From the sequence record PP514360: DNA of 44,319 nucleotides; one strand, written 5' to 3'. The position numbers and the translations under genes are program-made. This DNA is from Escherichia phage HK1. This document shows positions 8,640 through 16,417 of the stretch, in pieces (the stretch's first letter is position 1; each line of letters starts with the position of its first letter). Below the pieces are notes generated by a model. It did not search any database and had not been told where the DNA came from. It saw only the letters and a program-made list of their open reading frames with translations.

Positions 8640-9419
8640 TTAACGACGGCGACGTTTACGTGGTGCTTCGTCTTCGTCGTCTTCGTCCTCATCTTCATCG
8701 TCGCGTGGCTTACGACGTTTACGAGGTTTTTCATCTTCGTCGTCGTCATCGTGGCGCTTGGACTTTTTGGACTTGCGCGGCTTGTCGTCTTCGTCGTCGT
8801 CATCACGACGTTTTGACTTTTTGGACTTGCGCGGGCTTTCATCTTCGTCATCGTTGTCCAGGTCTTCGTCGGAGCAAGAAGAACCGCCACCACCGAAGGA
8901 TTCACCATCATCGCGGAAGCGCAGACCCAGCAAGCCAGCCCCGAGTCCCTTGCCGTTGGTATTGTTCCACGCCCAAATATCAATGGACACGTTGCAATAA
9001 CAACCGGAGTAAATCTCCCGTCCTTCGATCTCGTCGCCTTCTACGGTCAGACCTTGTTCCGTCTGCTTCTCGCCGAGTGACGTTTGAATGTTTGGTTGTT
9101 TGAACGATTTGGTGTTGATATACAACATGCCTTCGAATTCTTCGGTTACTTCGTCGCGCTCATCACCGTCGCGAACAGCGCACTCCTTAGAATCCTGGGC
9201 GTAGTGGCGGTCCATCCACTTATCGGCGTTCTTCTCGGATTTCAGCTTGTCGGTGAGCACTGCGCGCGCTGCCGCTTCCACTTTGTCCACCTGCGGATCT
9301 TCTTTATCCAGAAGAATCACGGCACGGTATGCCGGTTTCTGACCATCTTTTTTAGGGGTATCGCGCTCCCAAATATTAAGGAAACATACGCGCACATTTT
9401 TCAGGTTGACTTTAGCCAT
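8640..9419 (-). CDS. putative ssDNA-binding protein (DUF2815/T7 gp2.5-like) with repetitive acidic/basic C-terminal tail
   Basis: N-terminus MAKVNLKNVRVCFLNIWE resembles the DUF2815 family that commonly sits between DUF2800 and PolA; C-terminus is a tandem repeat (DDDDEDxKPRKSKKSKR). ATG at 9419 (track start at 9440 is GTG). Confidence 0.55.
   Translation of the reverse strand: MAKVNLKNVRVCFLNIWERDTPKKDGQKPAYRAVILLDKEDPQVDKVEAAARAVLTDKLKSEKNADKWMDRHYAQDSKECAVRDGDERDEVTEEFEGMLYINTKSFKQPNIQTSLGEKQTEQGLTVEGDEIEGREIYSGCYCNVSIDIWAWNNTNGKGLGAGLLGLRFRDDGESFGGGGSSCSDEDLDNDDEDESPRKSKKSKRRDDDDEDDKPRKSKKSKRHDDDDEDEKPRKRRKPRDDEDEDEDDEDEAPRKRRRR
8695..8860. repeat. intragenic tandem repeat (~57-bp unit) encoding alternating acidic/basic tail of the SSB-like protein
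   Basis: TTTTTGGACTTGCGCGG...TCGTCGTCGTCATC appears in tandem; encodes DDDDEDxKPRKSKKSKR units. Confidence 0.7.
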
Positions 9420-9509
9420 TTTACAATTTCCCATTTTCACATGTATCGGGGTTATTGTGAGCCACCCCGTTCGGCTTGGTTGCTAATCTACTTGGTTGCG
9501 CCTAAGCGG

Positions 9510-9752
9510 TCAAGCATTTTCATTAAAAAGATTTCGGGTCACGTAGTTGGTGGCGTTCTCGACCCAGCTTAGCGGCGGGCGTTCGATGTTCTTTTCCACC
9601 CAATAGACGGCAGCTTCGCTATAACCGTCGTCCAGCCAGCGGGTCGGATGGCGAATCATCCAGGCTACCATTAACACGCCTTGCACACAATGCAGGATAA
9701 AGCCCAGTGCGCCGAGCAAAAACATCAATAAGATTGCGAATACTTTATTCAT
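9510..9752 (-). CDS. small membrane protein (80 aa)
   Basis: Hydrophobic N-terminus (FAILLMFLLGALGFIL); GAGGA SD upstream of ATG at 9752. Confidence 0.5.
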   Translation of the reverse strand: MNKVFAILLMFLLGALGFILHCVQGVLMVAWMIRHPTRWLDDGYSEAAVYWVEKNIERPPLSWVENATNYVTRNLFNENA

Positions 9753-11175
9753 TGCTTAAGTCCTCGTCAGTAGCTTCCGACCACGCAGGGCGCGGGTCGT
9801 CGATTGGTGCTAACACCGGTTTAGCGGGTGCGCGTGTGATTTTAGCACACAGCTTCGCCCACACTTTCGGCTTCTCGTCCTTCAGTACCTTCTCGGCATC
9901 GGTCGGGCTGAGCAATGTTTCTTTGTACATCACATCGCGCTTGATCCGGGCCTTCGTGAAGATTTCAATCACTTCGCTCTCGTCTGCCCACTTACGGATC
10001 CCTTCCTTACCGGCAACCATCTTAAGGCCCAACGATTCGCCATCGCCCGCCATGACCGCCTTGAATACCGCGTACTCGATAGCTTTGATGTGCTGGCGCA
10101 TTGCGTCAAGTCCTTCATAAGCCTTGCGCAGTTCCGCCGCGCTCATAGCGCCTGGGGTGGATTCCTTCTTGCCCCGTTTAGCACGTCGGGCAGCCTTCCG
10201 GGCTTCGCGGGTCATATTGCGGTCTTGGTTGGCGCACTCTTCCTCGGTTGCCACGCTCACGTCGTCGCCCAGGTCTTCGTCGGTTGCCGTTGGTGGCGTC
10301 ATCGTGTCGATTGCGGCCTTCGCCCGGACGCTGCACTGGTCCGCAAATCTGCACCACTGGCACGCATCAACGCTGGGCCGGAAGTCGGCGCGGGTGAGTC
10401 CTTTTTTACCGCGGGCGTACGCTTCCAGTGCGGCGATAGCACGCTTGGACGCAAACTTCGCGAATATCTCCAGCGCTTCCACTGAGATATCCCACTCTGA
10501 CGCCCCGCCGCAATACGGCTGGAAGATAACCAGGCGCACGGTCGTAATGTCGTACATGGTTTGCAGCTTGCGCAGCAAGCCGAGCGCGTACAACATAAGC
10601 TGTTTGTTTTCTTTTGCCTCGACCTTATGCCGCCCGGTCTTCAGGTCGCCAACAATCAGCATGTACGTTCCGTCGGTCTTTTTCATGACCATGACCATAT
10701 CGGCAGTACCGAACGTTTTAATCCTGTTGCCGTCGATCTCGAATCCTGAATGAAGGACGCGGGTCAGATCGGCGCGCATCTCAAGCTGGACAAACTCCGC
10801 CACTTCGAGGAGCGGTCGCCAGTGGTCGATGTACGCGTCGCACTGTTTCACCATATCGTCGTTGACCAGTACGCCGCCTTTCGGTGCTTTCGGGTGCGCC
10901 TTTACTGGCCCCTTGCCTTCATTCTCGACGTAACACCCTTTGTACGTCTTAGCGGTTATCAGCTTTTCCCCGGCAATGATGCGGTTTAGCACGACCTCTG
11001 ATACGGTGTGCATACTCGTACCATTAATCGCCGCTTGCCCGGATTCGTTCGGGATATCTTTTTCCACCACCAGGGCGGCGGGGCAGCCCATCCATTTTTT
11101 AGCACCGGATGGGCCGAGTAAAGAGTGTTCCGTGTTGCTACCGGATTGCGTTTTACGTTTTGGTTTAATCGCCAT
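9745..11175 (-). CDS. DUF2800-like PD-(D/E)XK nuclease (Cas4-like, Cys cluster)
   Basis: N-terminal HSLLGPSGAKKWMGCPAAL and C-terminal CQWCRFADQC cysteine cluster (Cas4-like arrangement); GGGTGG SD upstream of ATG at 11175. Confidence 0.65.
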   Translation of the reverse strand: MAIKPKRKTQSGSNTEHSLLGPSGAKKWMGCPAALVVEKDIPNESGQAAINGTSMHTVSEVVLNRIIAGEKLITAKTYKGCYVENEGKGPVKAHPKAPKGGVLVNDDMVKQCDAYIDHWRPLLEVAEFVQLEMRADLTRVLHSGFEIDGNRIKTFGTADMVMVMKKTDGTYMLIVGDLKTGRHKVEAKENKQLMLYALGLLRKLQTMYDITTVRLVIFQPYCGGASEWDISVEALEIFAKFASKRAIAALEAYARGKKGLTRADFRPSVDACQWCRFADQCSVRAKAAIDTMTPPTATDEDLGDDVSVATEEECANQDRNMTREARKAARRAKRGKKESTPGAMSAAELRKAYEGLDAMRQHIKAIEYAVFKAVMAGDGESLGLKMVAGKEGIRKWADESEVIEIFTKARIKRDVMYKETLLSPTDAEKVLKDEKPKVWAKLCAKITRAPAKPVLAPIDDPRPAWSEATDEDLSNE

Positions 11176-11360
11176 TATTCCACCCTTGAAAATTGAGCAA
11201 TGTAATAGTCGTGTTTAACATTGGCCCGCTTCGCGGCTTCGTTCATGGTCGATGCCAGTCCTCGGGCTTGCGTCCAGCAGCAATTCCAGTTTTGATTCAT
11301 AACAATTTCGGGCTGCTCGTCGCCGGTGATACGGCAGCGAAATAAAAAGAAGATAGCCAT
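11175..11360 (-). CDS. small hypothetical protein (61 aa)
   Basis: ORF with GGGAGA SD ~9 nt upstream of ATG at 11360. Confidence 0.4.
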   Translation of the reverse strand: MAIFFLFRCRITGDEQPEIVMNQNWNCCWTQARGLASTMNEAAKRANVKHDYYIAQFSRVE

Positions 11361-11612
11361 TTATTTTGTCTCCCAGCGGTCGATTGTTCTTGCTTCGGAT
11401 GCTACGGCGAAGCGAACATATTCCAGATTAGAATCAGCCCAAGTATAAAAGTCGGGATTAGTAAAGGTGGTGCGCTTAATTTGCGCGGGGGTGTTGCGGC
11501 GTTTATCTATTACGGCAACGCGTGACTGAAAATTGCCGATGCGTTCGAATAACCAATAGTAAGGGCGCTGGTCGCGGGAATCCACCGCCTCGATTAGCGT
11601 GAAGCGTGCCAT
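11361..11612 (-). CDS. hypothetical protein (83 aa)
   Basis: ORF with GAGGA SD upstream of ATG at 11612. Confidence 0.5.
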   Translation of the reverse strand: MARFTLIEAVDSRDQRPYYWLFERIGNFQSRVAVIDKRRNTPAQIKRTTFTNPDFYTWADSNLEYVRFAVASEARTIDRWETK

Positions 11613-11660
11613 TGTCTCGTCCTCTAAAAATAGGCCCGCTAATCTGCGGGCCGGATAATA

Positions 11661-12176
11661 TTAATCTTCCAGTTCGAAATAGGTTTCGACGATTTCTTTT
11701 AGCTCTTTGTGGAAGTCTTCGACGTCGTCATCTTCCAGCTTGGCGATTGATTTGATCTCGAACGATTCCAGCAGGTCGTCGAATTCGTCGTTCGCGTCGT
11801 CGTCATCACCACCCGCAATAATCGCGGCATACTGTTTGATTTCGTCGCGCATCTCCGCCAGCGGATCGGCATCTTTCTTACCTTTGCCTTTCGCCGGTGC
11901 TTTCTTAGACTTAGCCGGTTTTTCGTCTTCGGCATCGTCGTCGTCATCTTCTACGACTTCTTTTTTAGCCTTACCTTTCGCCGGTGCTTTTTTAGATTTA
12001 GCCGGTTTTTCGTCTTCAGCTTCATCGTCGTCATCTTCGACAACTTCTTTTTTGGCCTTAGACGGCTTCTTGTCTTCCTGCTTACCAACGGCAGCGCCAA
12101 CGGTTTCATAATGCTTTGCAATGGTTTCCAGTGCTACTACGCCGCGAGTGATCAGGTTTACGATTTGCTCAAACAT
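11661..12176 (-). CDS. acidic protein with tandem Lys-rich/Asp-Glu-rich repeats (histone-H1-like KAPAKGK units)
   Basis: Start at MFEQIVNL (ATG 12176) with GGAGA SD; internal 29-aa unit KKEVVEDDDDEAEDEKPAKSKKAPAKGKA repeated twice; strongly acidic C-terminus. The track ORF start at 12356 runs through the promoter region and is unlikely. Confidence 0.55.
   Translation of the reverse strand: MFEQIVNLITRGVVALETIAKHYETVGAAVGKQEDKKPSKAKKEVVEDDDDEAEDEKPAKSKKAPAKGKAKKEVVEDDDDDAEDEKPAKSKKAPAKGKGKKDADPLAEMRDEIKQYAAIIAGGDDDDANDEFDDLLESFEIKSIAKLEDDDVEDFHKELKEIVETYFELED
11881..12057. repeat. intragenic tandem repeat (~88-bp unit, two copies) in the acidic repeat protein gene
   Basis: CCTTTCGCCGGTGCTTT(C/T)TTAGA(C/T)TTAGCCGGTTTTTCGTCTTC...TCGTCGTCATCTTC twice in tandem; resembles the SSB-gene repeat unit at nucleotide level. 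Confidence 0.7.
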
Positions 12177-12413
12177 GGTATATCTCCGATTGGTTAAGTT
12201 TAGGTGTCGGCAGTTAACTTCGTCGGTGGCCTTAACATATTGCCAGGTTACGCGTTCTCCCGTTCGGGTAGTGGACCTGGTTATATAATCACGGTTGGGA
12301 ATCCTGACACTTCGATCCGGCCCCTGCGTTGCCCCTCTCCAGTTTGCGTCCTGCATCCTGTCGACGGGGTGAATAATAGATTGGTTGCAGGATGGGTGTC
12401 AACAACTAATTTC

Positions 12414-12446
12414 AAAAAAAAGCGCCGAGGCAAAATGCGACGGCGC
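12414..12446 (-). terminator. terminator-like hairpin plus U8 in the divergent control region
   Basis: Minus-strand GCGCCG-(13-nt loop)-CGGCGC followed by UUUUUUUU (A8 on the plus strand at 12414-12421); no coding gene upstream on that strand. Confidence 0.35.
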
Positions 12447-12517
12447 TAACCAATAAGAGACAATGAGACGGGAATTATTATTACACGCGTGCGCGCCCGT
12501 TTCAATATCCAAAGGAT

Positions 12518-12546
12518 TTGACACCGTGCAGTTTTGGGTGTAGTTT
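12518..12546 (+). promoter_or_regulatory. sigma70-like promoter for the plus-strand block
   Basis: TTGACA (12518-12523), 17-nt spacer, TAGTTT (12541-12546), ~30 nt upstream of the SD/ATG of the HTH regulator gene. Confidence 0.45.
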
Positions 12547-12577
12547 CGTTGGTCATTAACCAACTGAGGGCAGAGCA

Positions 12578-12907
12578 ATGAATGTAAACGACGCAATCGA
12601 AATGTTAACGAAGACTGTTTGCAGTGAGACAAGCCGGTCATGGGCATATACCGATGCCGTGGGGGCGGTGTTATTTGAAATCGAACGACTGCGGCTTACC
12701 GAAAAAGAATTGCGCGCCAGGCTGGAACTACTCAACGGTACGGCAGCAAGCAAGCTGCAAAAGCACAATGAGGAAATGGAAGAATACAAAAAACAGGTTA
12801 TCCGTTTACGCGATGAGGGGAAGTCATGGGCAATGATCGCGGAGTTGACAGGAATTAATCAGAGCACCGTGCGATCCTGGGTACGCAATAACAAAACTTC
12901 GAAGTAA
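12578..12907 (+). CDS. HTH DNA-binding protein (putative transcriptional regulator)
   Basis: C-terminal KSWAMIAELTGINQSTVRSWVRN is a classic helix-turn-helix; GAGGG SD upstream; first gene of the plus-strand block, downstream of TTGACA-17-TAGTTT. Confidence 0.6.
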   Translation: MNVNDAIEMLTKTVCSETSRSWAYTDAVGAVLFEIERLRLTEKELRARLELLNGTAASKLQKHNEEMEEYKKQVIRLRDEGKSWAMIAELTGINQSTVRSWVRNNKTSK

Positions 12908-12917
12908 GGCGACGGCA

Positions 12918-15182
12918 ATGAGCTTAATTAAATTCGCTGTAACAAAACCCGCTAAAAAAGGCGAAAAAGCCAGGGCGGAAAACTTCCAGATGACCACCGA
13001 TGAATTTTTCGAATTTATCAAAGATGCGAAAGAAATATCCTCGGTGCATATCAACAAAACGGAAGATAAAGCCGAGTATGCACGCCGCAAGCGTAAGGCC
13101 GACGGCATCGTGGCGTATACCAGTGACGGATTGCGTCGCAAGACCAGTGCGGTGGACCGCTCGATCCTGTTCTTTGATATTGACCGCACCGACACTCGCA
13201 CCTTGCGCCGCTGCCGTAAGGCTTTCATCGACGCGGGTCTGGAACACGTATTCCACACAACCACCGGCGACCGCCACCCACTGAAAGGTGGAACGCGTTG
13301 CGCTCGCTTCCTGGTGCTCACTGACAAGCCTGTACCGGCGGAAGACCTGGGCCGTGTCCAGTATGCGCTATTACACCAACTTGGTCTGTCAGATGTGGAC
13401 TTCGACGATTGCACGAAAGACACAAACCGCCTGATGTACCTACCACACCAGCAGTCTGTAATAAAGTGTCACTACGGCAAACGTGCCCGCGTCCGTCGTC
13501 TGCTTCGCCTGGCGGATACGCTTGGCGTGGAGAAGGAAGAAGTACGCCGCGAACTGACCCAGGGCGACGACGCAGTGGCAGACGGCATTCTTGACTGGTG
13601 CTTCCAGGCAGGATTCGAGGAGTTATCTTCCGGTCGCGGTTATGAAGTGCCGTGCCCGAACGAACATCTGCACAGCGGCGAAGGGTCGACGGCTATCATG
13701 GTTAAGGATGGCGAGATCCGTTTCAAGTGTATGCACACCGGCAACGAGTGTTGCTCCGAACTGAATAGACACCAGCACCTGGCGCTGCGTCTTATCGGGA
13801 TCCCGGACCACCTGAACGTCGAGCCACACAATATGTCCCGTAAGCAAATAGCCGCCATCCTTCCGGGGCTGGACGACGAGGAAGTCGAATCCTTATATGA
13901 ACATATTGTTGATGCGGTTGGCGACGGCGAAGAATATGGCGTGTGCACCGATGCGGATCTGGATAATGAGCCGGTTGCGCTGTTCAGTAAGCACGACCCG
14001 ATCATCGAGGGGTTGATTAACTTTAAATCAACCTGGTATATGGCTGGTGAGTCGAATATCGGTAAGTCTTTCTATGTGCTGGGCCAAATGGGCGCGGTTG
14101 CCGCGGGTATCCCGTTTGGCGGTGCGAAGGTCGTCCAGTCTCATTGCTTCTATTTCGACGCGGAAGGCGGCGAAGCCTCCAACCAGCGCAAAGAAGCATT
14201 GCAGATTAAATACGAGCACGACCTGGACAAGCTGCACATTATCGACCTGCAGTCTCGCGGCTGGGATATCACCAGCAAGTCCGGTTTGCGCGAAGTTATC
14301 AGCTTTATCAACCGCACCGCTAACGGCGAACCTGTTGGCCTGGTGGCGTTCGACTCACTCAACCAGACTGTTGCTCTGCGGTCCGCCGATGCTAAACCGT
14401 TTGACGAGAACAACGCCAGCGATATGGGTGAAGTGGTCAAAGCGCTGAAGGCCATTGCGGAAAACACAGGTGGCAGTGCGGGCGTCATCCACCACCCGGC
14501 GAAGGGTGCAAACGGCAGCAGAACCCCACGCGGATCCGGCGCACTGCATGGCGCTGTCGATTCAGCTTTCTTCCTGGAACAGCCGGACGACAACCAGCCG
14601 GGACAACTTAACCTGTATCACGAAAAGTCACGTAACGGCATCAAGCAAGCGCCGCGTGGCTTCGTCCTGCTCAAGTGCAAGGTGGCGGTAGATCTCCGCA
14701 AGTCAGAAGCGTTCGCGTCGCACCAGTCCACCAGCACCGGGCCAGACTTCGGTGACGTAGTTGCTGGTTGGGACGTCAAACCAATTGCGTCCACCCCGCG
14801 CGACGAGACTTTATACCTCGTACCGGTCGCCCTGGCACCGTTCGCTATAGAACAGGCGAAGGCCGCAGGAAAAGCCGCAGTTAAGGAAGAGAACACCGCC
14901 GGACCGCGCACCGAAAAAGAAAAGGTACTTTACGCGGCCCTGGAAAAACTGATGGAAGATAACCCGGACCATACTGGTTTCAGTAAATCGGCAATCGTCC
15001 GCCAGGCAGGACTCGCGAAGGGGGGCACTTCGACGAAGGCAATCGACGATATGGTTGAGCGCGGCGTGATCGGTTTCTATACAGATCCGCACACCGGGGC
15101 CATATATGGGTCGTCGAATTTAGTCATCAAATCGGATATCCCCATCACGCTTTCGGCGACCGATGACGACCTGAACGATTAA
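12918..15182 (+). CDS. DNA primase-helicase (N-terminal primase-like domain, C-terminal RecA-like ATPase)
   Basis: 754 aa; LFFDIDRTD (DxD, primase-polymerase-like), Cys/His cluster CPNEHLH...CMHTGNEC, Walker A GESNIGKS and AFDSLNQ in a RecA-like C-terminal half. Confidence 0.75.
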   Translation: MSLIKFAVTKPAKKGEKARAENFQMTTDEFFEFIKDAKEISSVHINKTEDKAEYARRKRKADGIVAYTSDGLRRKTSAVDRSILFFDIDRTDTRTLRRCRKAFIDAGLEHVFHTTTGDRHPLKGGTRCARFLVLTDKPVPAEDLGRVQYALLHQLGLSDVDFDDCTKDTNRLMYLPHQQSVIKCHYGKRARVRRLLRLADTLGVEKEEVRRELTQGDDAVADGILDWCFQAGFEELSSGRGYEVPCPNEHLHSGEGSTAIMVKDGEIRFKCMHTGNECCSELNRHQHLALRLIGIPDHLNVEPHNMSRKQIAAILPGLDDEEVESLYEHIVDAVGDGEEYGVCTDADLDNEPVALFSKHDPIIEGLINFKSTWYMAGESNIGKSFYVLGQMGAVAAGIPFGGAKVVQSHCFYFDAEGGEASNQRKEALQIKYEHDLDKLHIIDLQSRGWDITSKSGLREVISFINRTANGEPVGLVAFDSLNQTVALRSADAKPFDENNASDMGEVVKALKAIAENTGGSAGVIHHPAKGANGSRTPRGSGALHGAVDSAFFLEQPDDNQPGQLNLYHEKSRNGIKQAPRGFVLLKCKVAVDLRKSEAFASHQSTSTGPDFGDVVAGWDVKPIASTPRDETLYLVPVALAPFAIEQAKAAGKAAVKEENTAGPRTEKEKVLYAALEKLMEDNPDHTGFSKSAIVRQAGLAKGGTSTKAIDDMVERGVIGFYTDPHTGAIYGSSNLVIKSDIPITLSATDDDLND

Positions 15183-15275
15183 ATTTTGCGCGCATTGGTT
15201 GCCATTTTGAGCGTTTTTATCTGGGCGCATTGGTTGCCGTGTAGTGTGAATATAATGCATAGTTATGCAATAAAA

Positions 15276-15450
15276 CTGCATAAAACAAACGGGACAAAAA
15301 GCGGGACAAACAGGAGGCGGGACAAAGCGGGACAGCACCCCGTCCCACCCACGGATGACGCGGCCTGGCGAGGAGCGGGACAGCGGGACAGCACCCCAGT
15401 CTTTCAGACTAGACGGGGGGTCTGTCACCCCCCTCGTCTGAGACTGCATA
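15276..15450. repeat. copy A of duplicated non-coding module (GCGGGACA array plus GC-rich hairpin)
   Basis: CTGCATAAAACAAAC followed by four direct GGGACA repeats, GGGAC-agcacccc-GTCCC, two more GCGGGACA, then hairpin CAGTCTTTCAGACTAGACGGGGGG-tctgtca-CCCCCCTCGTCTGAGACTG. Near-identical to 32076-32250. Confidence 0.8.
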
Positions 15451-15605
15451 AAATCCGGGATTGCATATTGCACGGCAGCAGGGTGCGTATTGCGGTCGTC
15501 GACGAACTAGGCAACCAATGCGAGTTGCGGAATGGTGGGCGAAAAATGCAGTTTGCAGTAACAGCAGATAGCGATCGACTTTTTCATGCGCATGATTAAT
15601 ATTGG

Positions 15606-15634
15606 TTGCATTCGTGCCCGCACCCTGCTAGATT
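15606..15634 (+). promoter_or_regulatory. sigma70-like promoter with ATTGGTTGCA motifs
   Basis: TTGCAT-17 nt-TAGATT followed by GGTTGCACACCAACA and the AAGAGGA SD of the gene at 15663. Confidence 0.45.
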
Positions 15635-15662
15635 GGTTGCACACCAACAAGAGGACTGAACA

Positions 15663-15989
15663 ATGAAAAAATTAATCTGGAATTACGCAATGGCTATGGC
15701 GAAGGCACAAGAAGCGGCGGAGTTCGCCGGTGAGGGGGTGGAAGCAGTAGAAAGACTATCGGCAGCGTGGGCCGTTGTGCGGGTGATGCAGCGGGCCATC
15801 GCCGTTATGCTTGAGCGCCGCTTCGACACGATGGAAGAGATCCAGCCACTGGCGAACGCCATCCAGGACTACGCGCTTGCATTCTCCCGTGAGCGCCTGG
15901 CGTATCGCTTCGGGATCGGTGAGACGGCAGTGACAAACGTCGCCCGGATTAAAGCACAGCGCGAACTATTTGCCCAGCTTGCGAAATAA
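15663..15989 (+). CDS. hypothetical protein (108 aa)
   Basis: ORF with AAGAGGA SD; preceded by promoter TTGCAT-17-TAGATT (15606-15634). Confidence 0.55.
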   Translation: MKKLIWNYAMAMAKAQEAAEFAGEGVEAVERLSAAWAVVRVMQRAIAVMLERRFDTMEEIQPLANAIQDYALAFSRERLAYRFGIGETAVTNVARIKAQRELFAQLAK

Positions 15990-15998
15990 GGGGCCAAA

Positions 15999-16268
15999 AT
16001 GGTCCGCAGACGAGCTAAACAGCTTTCGTGGCATATTCCGCTGCATTGCATACGCATATGGGCTAAGAATGCGACTGAGGGCGATTCTGTGTTCTGGAGC
16101 TATCGCGACGATGTGAAGCCGTTGACGCAGACACGCTACTTGCACAAGTTCGCAGCAAAACACGATTTCAGGGTGCGGACTTCCTTGCAACCAATGGGAA
16201 TCCGTATTACATTACGCCGGAAGCCCGCCGTTGAGCGGGTAGGCAAACACTGGAGACTAAGCAAATGA
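15999..16268 (+). CDS. hypothetical protein (89 aa)
   Basis: ORF with AAGGGG SD upstream of ATG at 15999. Confidence 0.45.
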   Translation: MVRRRAKQLSWHIPLHCIRIWAKNATEGDSVFWSYRDDVKPLTQTRYLHKFAAKHDFRVRTSLQPMGIRITLRRKPAVERVGKHWRLSK

Positions 16269-16417
16269 CCAAAGTCGAGAGTAAGGCCACCGGTCTGATC
16301 TATCTTGTGGTGTGGGAGGGGAACGGGTGTGTTACGCTCATGTACCCAAAAACAAAAGAGCGCCACACTATCAGCCAATTTACCCTGAACAAAAATTACA
16401 GGAGACTGAGCAAATGA
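16265..16417 (+). CDS. small hypothetical protein (50 aa)
   Basis: Hand-read ORF; start overlaps the previous stop (ATGA) and its stop overlaps the next start; carries the AGGAGA SD of the next gene. Confidence 0.3.
   Translation: MTKVESKATGLIYLVVWEGNGCVTLMYPKTKERHTISQFTLNKNYRRLSK

Noticed and set aside
15291-15390. Possible CRISPR array from the regularly recurring GCGGGACA units
   Set aside because: Units are only 6-8 bp with irregular 3-10 bp gaps; there are no 25-40 bp repeats with unique spacers and no cas genes nearby.
15186-15599. 137-aa plus-strand ORF spanning the repeat module
   Set aside because: It runs through the GGGACA array and hairpin that are duplicated non-coding DNA at 32076-32250, where no equivalent ORF exists; Arg/Gly-rich translation typical of a GC-rich non-coding frame.
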